Shown one piece after another: positions 58,790 through 64,000 of a DNA stretch of 64,000 bases. The translations under genes were made by a program, and so were the position numbers. The stretch's first letter is position 1, and the number at the start of each line of letters is the position of its first letter. Source of the DNA: Candidatus Amesbacteria bacterium (GTDB lineage Bacteria; Patescibacteriota; Microgenomatia; CAZETR01; Amesbacteraceae); the NCBI GenBank assembly GCA_963736875.1, contig CAVTQH010000002.1, forward strand, positions 69,294-133,293, in the 5' to 3' direction. The notes beneath the pieces were generated by a model. It was not told where the DNA came from. It searched no databases and saw nothing but the letters and a program-made list of their open reading frames with translations.

Positions 58790-60568
58790 ATGCATAACAT
58801 CAGGAATTTTGCCATTATTGCCCATATTGATCACGGTAAATCCACTTTGGCGGATCGCCTTCTGGAAATTACACATACCATATCCCCCAGAGAGATGCAA
58901 AATCAGCTTTTGGACAGTAATCCCATCGAAAGAGAACGGGGGATTACTATAAAACTGGCGCCTGTTCGTATGGAATATACTTTAAATAATCAAAGTTACA
59001 TTTTAAATTTAATTGATACTCCGGGACATGTCGACTTTTCTTACGAAGTCAGCCGTTCACTGGCCGCTTGCGAGGGAGCCATCTTGATAGTAGACGCCAC
59101 TCAGGGCGTGCAGGCTCAGACACTGGCCCATTACCAGCAAGCCTCGAAATTAGGTCTGACGATTATTCCTGTTGTAAATAAAATCGACATAACCACGGCG
59201 GATATATCAGGGACTATTTCTCAGATATGTGAAATATTTGGTTTCAAATCAAATCAAATTCTGCAAATTTCAGCTAAAACCGGAGAGGGTATTGAAAAGC
59301 TTATAGAATCTATCATTAATCAAATCCCTTGCCCCAAGGGTTTACCGGACGGTGTTACCAGAGCCTTGGTTTTTAATTCCAATTTTGATTCTCACTTGGG
59401 AGTCATTGCCTGGGTTAGGGTTATCGATGGGCAGATTTCAGGCCGGGATCAGTTATTTTTATTAGGTACTAAAAGCACCACAACTGTGGTCGAAGTCGGA
59501 GTTTTTATCCCTCAAAGAAAGACAATTCCCTGTTTAAAAACAGGAGAGGTGGGATTTGTGGTAACCGGCTTACGTGATATATCGGATTTAACAGTGGGGG
59601 ACACTCTGTGCGGAAATTCCCGGGCTGTCTCACTACCCGGTTATCAACCGGTTAAACCTGTGGTATATGTCAGTTTTTATCCTATCGATGGTTCGGAAAT
59701 AAATACTCTGAGGGATGCTCTGAGCAAATTACGTCTTCAGGACAGCTCACTTCAGTTTCTTCCAGAATTTTCCCCCGCCTTAGGCAACGGCTTCCGGGTT
59801 GGATTATTGGGTATGTTGCACGCTGATATTGTTCAGGAGAGAATCGAACGGGAATACGGACTGAGTTTGATAGCAGCAGCCCCGTCAGTTGAATATGAAA
59901 TTCAAAAAAAGAACGGGGAAGTAATTCATATTTCCAAAGCTATGGATTTACCCGATCCGTCTCAGGTGGAGCAGATCCGTGAACCGGCTATCCGCCTTTC
60001 CCTGTTTGTCCCGGCTGATTTTGTAGGTAATACCATTCAGTTATGTCAGGATCATCGGGGGGAGCTTCGGGATATGAAATACCTTGGTCGTCTTGTCCAC
60101 CTCACTTATTCCATGCCTTTGGTTGAGCTGATTCATCAGTTTTATGACCGTTTGAAAAGTCTGACTCAGGGATATGCAACTTTGGATTATGAGTTATCCG
60201 GGTTTGTTAACGCTGATTTAGTAAAACTGGATGTTCTGGTTGCCGGTGATGTGATCGATTCTCTATCTCAAATAGTTCCCAGATCCAGAAGTCCGTATAT
60301 TGCCCGTGAATTAGTGGAAAAACTTAAAAATCTGATTCCCCGGGCACAATTTGAAATTCCGATTCAGGCAGCTATCGGCAGTCACATTTTGGCCAGAGCT
60401 GATCTCAAAGGTTTCAGAAAGGACGTTACAGCCAAACTCTCCGGAGGTGATCAGACTCGCAAGGACAAGCTGCTAAAAAAACAAAAAAAAGGGAAATCCC
60501 GGATGAAACGGGTGGGTAAAGTTGACTTACCCCAATCTGCCTTTCTCTCCATTCTTAAGATTTCCTGA
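58790..60568 (+). CDS. lepA: Elongation factor 4 (LepA)
   Basis: IRNFAIIAHIDHGKSTLADRLLE (G1), DTPGHVDF (G3), NKID (G4) and the LepA-specific C-terminal domain. 592 aa. Confidence 0.9.
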   Translation: MHNIRNFAIIAHIDHGKSTLADRLLEITHTISPREMQNQLLDSNPIERERGITIKLAPVRMEYTLNNQSYILNLIDTPGHVDFSYEVSRSLAACEGAILIVDATQGVQAQTLAHYQQASKLGLTIIPVVNKIDITTADISGTISQICEIFGFKSNQILQISAKTGEGIEKLIESIINQIPCPKGLPDGVTRALVFNSNFDSHLGVIAWVRVIDGQISGRDQLFLLGTKSTTTVVEVGVFIPQRKTIPCLKTGEVGFVVTGLRDISDLTVGDTLCGNSRAVSLPGYQPVKPVVYVSFYPIDGSEINTLRDALSKLRLQDSSLQFLPEFSPALGNGFRVGLLGMLHADIVQERIEREYGLSLIAAAPSVEYEIQKKNGEVIHISKAMDLPDPSQVEQIREPAIRLSLFVPADFVGNTIQLCQDHRGELRDMKYLGRLVHLTYSMPLVELIHQFYDRLKSLTQGYATLDYELSGFVNADLVKLDVLVAGDVIDSLSQIVPRSRSPYIARELVEKLKNLIPRAQFEIPIQAAIGSHILARADLKGFRKDVTAKLSGGDQTRKDKLLKKQKKGKSRMKRVGKVDLPQSAFLSILKIS

Positions 60569-60571
60569 TAA

Positions 60572-61912
60572 TTATTTTGGTTCCAACTCGACTAAAACAA
60601 CAGTATTTGTCGTCATTGGTACATTTGTTTGTAAAATTGCCTCTGATGTGGCCACTTCAAGCACTGATGTGCTTCCCCCCAAAATTTTCTTATGCAATAT
60701 AAAATTTCTCTGCTGCAAACCCAAAAAACTTACCGGTACAACCTCACTATGATTTCCTCCCGGATCGTAATTCACTAATAATACCTGATATTTATTCTCG
60801 TTTTTTGCTCCGATGGCTTTTATCCAGGTTCCTTCCCCGCTGACCGATAACCTGGAACTTCCCAATTTAGTTAAAAGCCTTAAAGCCTCGTACCTGGGTT
60901 TTCCTATCATTCCCCAATTACCGGAGACTGCAAAATTAAACCCGTATTTTACCTGAAACATCAATTCCCTGGCGGTTGCTACCAGATGGGCCGCCCCGAT
61001 ATGTGTATCGTTTTCCTTCCCCATCTCACTTGTTGGTCCCATCTCCGTAACTATCTTTTCCAATCGGGAGAAATACGGATGTGCTTCAATCCACCGGTCA
61101 ACGCTTTTAACATCTTCCGCATACCTGTTAAGATTCAGATCGTACCGATGCCAGGAAAAGAAATCCAGTCTCAGCCGGTTTTTTAGCGCATAAGTTAAAA
61201 AAGTATCCACCCAATTTTTATAAAGTCCCGTAGTTGCCGGACCGCCGATTTTAAACGGTTTTACCCCTCTGGCCTGATTAGCTCCGGTAACCGCATAAGA
61301 ATATAAAGTCCGATAATCCTTTTTTCCTCTTAAGATCCATTTTCCGAATAAATCCGGTTCATTCCATACCTCATAATAAATATTCTCCAACCCCAGCTCT
61401 CCGCTAAAATGTTCAATGGTTTTTCTGACCACGGTTGACCACTCGCTCCAATTCTCCGGCACCGCCAGGATGTCTCCGTTTTTTGTTATAACAGGCGGCA
61501 TATAAGACAGTGAGAAAAACGGTAATGCTCCCGTATCCAAAATATTATTTACTGTTTTATCCAACTCCGCCCAATTAAAAACCAGCTTCCCCTGGTCACG
61601 GGAAACCACGGAAAATTCGTCATAAATATGATCGATTCTAATATAATCAGGTTTAACTTCCGCGACTTTTCCGGTTACTCCGTCTAAAAATCCTCTTAAA
61701 TTATCTCCTCCCTGGGCGAGTCCCTTCCACACAGTCGGCATCGGACCCAGCGGTTTATTGGTTTCTAATGCAATTGCCGCCAGTCTTCCCTCGGCTCCGG
61801 TAATATATCGTACTATCGTATTAGTTAGCTTTAAAAGACTAGGTAACACCAAAGCCAGTAACATAACTCCCGCCAAGGAAACCCACTGATCATGCCTTTT
61901 TCCCCGACTCAT
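60572..61912 (-). CDS. Membrane-anchored TIM-barrel glycoside hydrolase (GH39/GH5-like)
   Basis: N-terminal TM. Catalytic acid/base-type motif YYEVWNEPD. About 420-aa extracytoplasmic domain. Exact GH family not resolved. Confidence 0.5.
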   Translation of the reverse strand: MSRGKRHDQWVSLAGVMLLALVLPSLLKLTNTIVRYITGAEGRLAAIALETNKPLGPMPTVWKGLAQGGDNLRGFLDGVTGKVAEVKPDYIRIDHIYDEFSVVSRDQGKLVFNWAELDKTVNNILDTGALPFFSLSYMPPVITKNGDILAVPENWSEWSTVVRKTIEHFSGELGLENIYYEVWNEPDLFGKWILRGKKDYRTLYSYAVTGANQARGVKPFKIGGPATTGLYKNWVDTFLTYALKNRLRLDFFSWHRYDLNLNRYAEDVKSVDRWIEAHPYFSRLEKIVTEMGPTSEMGKENDTHIGAAHLVATARELMFQVKYGFNFAVSGNWGMIGKPRYEALRLLTKLGSSRLSVSGEGTWIKAIGAKNENKYQVLLVNYDPGGNHSEVVPVSFLGLQQRNFILHKKILGGSTSVLEVATSEAILQTNVPMTTNTVVLVELEPK

Positions 61913-61962
61913 GTGCTGATTCTACTTTAATTTTTAGTCGCAATAAAGCCTCTTGACAACCA

Positions 61963-61989
61963 TTAGCACTCATGATAACTTATTGCTAA
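61963..61989. promoter_or_regulatory. CIRCE operator (HrcA binding site) with overlapping TTGACA -35 at 61953..61958
   Basis: TTAGCACTC-N9-TATTGCTAA. Left arm is a perfect CIRCE half-site, right arm matches 7/9. Sits 3 nt upstream of the hrcA ATG. Confidence 0.65.
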
Positions 61990-61991
61990 TT

Positions 61992-62723
61992 ATGAATTTG
62001 ACCAATCGTCAGACACAAATACTCAAAGCGATTATTGAAGAATACATTGCTACGGCTGAGCCGGTGGCCAGCGAACAACTGGAAAAAAAATATAACCTGG
62101 GAGTTTCCCCCGCGACTATCAGAAATGAAATGGTTAGTCTGACTGACGAAGGTCTGTTACGTCAGCCCCATACTTCAGCCGGACGGGTTCCTACTTCAAT
62201 AGCCCTGCGTTTTTATGTTGACAAATTGATGCAGGAGAAACAATTAAGTGTTGCAGAAGAGGTTTCAGCCAAGGAAAAAATTTGGGATTCCAGATTTGAC
62301 TTTGATCGTCTGATGCGCCAGGCTTCATTGGCTCTGGCCCAGGCTACCAAGGATTTAGCCATCGCAGCCACGGACCAGGGTGATATCTATTATGCAGGGG
62401 TATCAAATATTCTTGACATGCCGGAGTTTTTCGACATTGATGTTACACGGACGGTTTTATCACTATTGGATCAGCAGGCTCGTCTCAGCCAGCTATTTTT
62501 TCAGCGGACATACGGATCTGATCCGGTACACATAGTCTTTGGATCCGACTTGGGTTGGCCTTTCTTTGAACCGGTGGGTATGGCTTTTACACATTTTAAC
62601 GCCGGTCGTAATCGTCAGGGATCACTGGCTGTTGTTGGTCCGTACAGGCTTGATTTCCCCAGGATAATTCCCACTCTGCGTTATTTTTCCGATCTTATTT
62701 CCGAAATGAATAGTAACTGGTAA
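61992..62723 (+). CDS. hrcA: Heat-inducible transcription repressor HrcA
   Basis: N-terminal winged-helix (LTNRQTQILKAIIEEYIATAEPVASEQL…GVSPATIRNEMVSLTDEGLL). The track ORF start at 61953 is a TTG inside the promoter/CIRCE; the ATG at 61992 is preferred. Confidence 0.8.
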   Translation: MNLTNRQTQILKAIIEEYIATAEPVASEQLEKKYNLGVSPATIRNEMVSLTDEGLLRQPHTSAGRVPTSIALRFYVDKLMQEKQLSVAEEVSAKEKIWDSRFDFDRLMRQASLALAQATKDLAIAATDQGDIYYAGVSNILDMPEFFDIDVTRTVLSLLDQQARLSQLFFQRTYGSDPVHIVFGSDLGWPFFEPVGMAFTHFNAGRNRQGSLAVVGPYRLDFPRIIPTLRYFSDLISEMNSNW

Positions 62724-62727
62724 TTGT

Positions 62728-63174
62728 ATGACTCAAATAAAAAACACCCATTTAATAAATCAAATAAAAACCCTGGACGAAAATTGGAAACGGGCACTGG
62801 CTGACTATCAAAATCTTCTCCGAAGGGTTGAAAGCGATAAACGGGAGTTTATCAAATTAGCCAATGCCAATTTAATCGCCAGATTGTTACCTTCTCTGGA
62901 TATCATGGAATTGTCCGCCGTTCATACCGAAGACTTGGGAGTTCAAATGGCAGCCAAACAATTTCATCAGGCTTTGACAGAGGAGGGTTTGCAGTTAATT
63001 GAACCGGCTCCGGACAGTTCGTTTGATCCGGCTCTTCATGAATGCAGTGAGACCCTTGATTTACCGGACGGGAAAGCCGAAAATACAATTTCGGAACTGG
63101 CGCTGAAAGGGTATCGAATCGGTGAGTACGTCTTACGCCCTGCAAAAGTAAAGGTTTATAAAAAGAAAAACTAA
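62728..63174 (+). CDS. grpE: Nucleotide exchange factor GrpE
   Basis: Coiled-coil N-term and C-terminal beta-domain (GYRIGEYVLRPAKVKV). hrcA-grpE-dnaK order. Confidence 0.8.
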   Translation: MTQIKNTHLINQIKTLDENWKRALADYQNLLRRVESDKREFIKLANANLIARLLPSLDIMELSAVHTEDLGVQMAAKQFHQALTEEGLQLIEPAPDSSFDPALHECSETLDLPDGKAENTISELALKGYRIGEYVLRPAKVKVYKKKN

Positions 63175-63222
63175 ATATATTTACTTGAAATTTTTAAATT
63201 ATTAATTATAAATTAATAGAGT

Positions 63223-64000
63223 ATGTCAAAAATAATCGGAATAGATTTGGGAACCACCAACTCCTGCGTAGCTGTTATGGAAAGCGGGGGGGTAAAAGTG
63301 ATCCCGGCTGCTGATACCGGGAGAAACGTTACACCATCTGTAGTAGAACCTGTTAAAAATCTGGTTGGAGACGTAGCCAAACGTCAGGTGGTTCTAAATC
63401 CCAAAAACACCATTTACAGTATCAAACGTCTGATGGGCCGGAAGGTTACCGACCCGGAAGTAAAAAGGACCCAGGATATGGTTCCTTATAAAATTGTTTC
63501 CGGTAAAGACAATATGGTGACTGTTGAGGTGGAGGGAAAGCAATATACTCCCCAGGAAATATCCGCCAAAGTCCTTCAGGCCATGAAATCGCATGCTGAA
63601 GCTTATCTCGGCACCCCGGTTGACAGAGCGGTGATTACAGTCCCTGCATATTTTGATGATTCACAGCGTCAGGCCACCAAACAGGCCGGAGAAATTGCCG
63701 GACTAAAAGTTGAGAGAATTATTAACGAACCCACAGCCGCAGCTTTGGCTTATGGTCTGGACAAAAAAAATGCGCACACTGTAGCCGTTTACGATCTTGG
63801 CGGAGGGACTTTTGATATTTCTATTCTGGAGCTTGGCGATGGAGTTTTTGAAGTCAAAGCCACCAACGGAGATACTCATTTGGGCGGTGATGATTTTGAT
63901 GAAAAGATTATGGATTGGATAGTGGATGAATTTAAAAAAGACCATGGGATTGATCTGAAAAAAGATACTCAGGCCCTGCAGCGTCTCCGAGACGCTGCCG
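63223..64000 (+). CDS. dnaK: Chaperone DnaK (Hsp70), N-terminal part (runs off the window end)
   Basis: [23 protein letters not shown]…[12 protein letters not shown]…, the Hsp70 actin-like ATPase signatures. No stop in the window. Confidence 0.9.
   Translation, partial: MSKIIGIDLGTTNSCVAVMESGGVKVIPAADTGRNVTPSVVEPVKNLVGDVAKRQVVLNPKNTIYSIKRLMGRKVTDPEVKRTQDMVPYKIVSGKDNMVTVEVEGKQYTPQEISAKVLQAMKSHAEAYLGTPVDRAVITVPAYFDDSQRQATKQAGEIAGLKVERIINEPTAAALAYGLDKKNAHTVAVYDLGGGTFDISILELGDGVFEVKATNGDTHLGGDDFDEKIMDWIVDEFKKDHGIDLKKDTQALQRLRDAA

Noticed and set aside
1-64000. CRISPR arrays, rRNA operons, intact transposases or integrases
   Set aside because: No direct-repeat/spacer periodicity, no rRNA signature sequences and no transposase or integrase-like ORF were seen; the only mobile-element-like material is the fragmentary Toprim/nuclease island.

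Overview
This 64 kb window looks like a compact, gene-dense bacterial chromosome segment (about 42% GC, standard genetic code with TGA used as a stop) that spans the replication origin. Its content resembles a Candidate Phyla Radiation (Patescibacteria)-type genome: short or fused housekeeping genes, many polytopic membrane glycosyltransferases, FemAB genes and type-IV-pilus-like genes. dnaA sits at the window start on the minus strand and diverges from rpmH-rnpA-yidD-yidC-jag; an intergenic DnaA box lies between them. The window ends with hrcA-grpE-dnaK behind a CIRCE operator. Confidently recognised genes include valS, metG, lepA, murJ, rpsT, rplY, groES/groEL, rnhA, rnhB, tatD, rmuC, tsaD, a TsaC-TsaE fusion, gmd, two UvrD-family helicases (one fused to a Cas4/AddB-like Fe-S nuclease domain), two FemAB paralogues, an LCP protein, a VanW protein, an M23 peptidase, a PEGA/SH3b protein, a tRNA-Cys, two cell-envelope glycosylation clusters, and a PilN/PilO-like module next to a large surface protein. 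There are three main surprises. First, many single-base frameshifts interrupt otherwise conserved genes (tsaD, gmd, groEL, GT39, GT2, femAB, pcrA, and three in one solute-binding protein gene); most sit at homopolymers, which points to assembly indel errors rather than true pseudogenes. Second, a roughly 2.8 kb gene-poor stretch (18.2-21.0 kb) between gmd and groES contains a 1.1 kb segment with no credible ORF, a hypothetical ORF with a PD-(D/E)xK-like motif, and a frameshifted Toprim (primase-like) fragment; this looks like a decayed mobile element or possibly an ncRNA locus. Third, the tsaC-tsaE gene fusion sits directly beside tsaD. I found no CRISPR array, no rRNA and no intact transposase.
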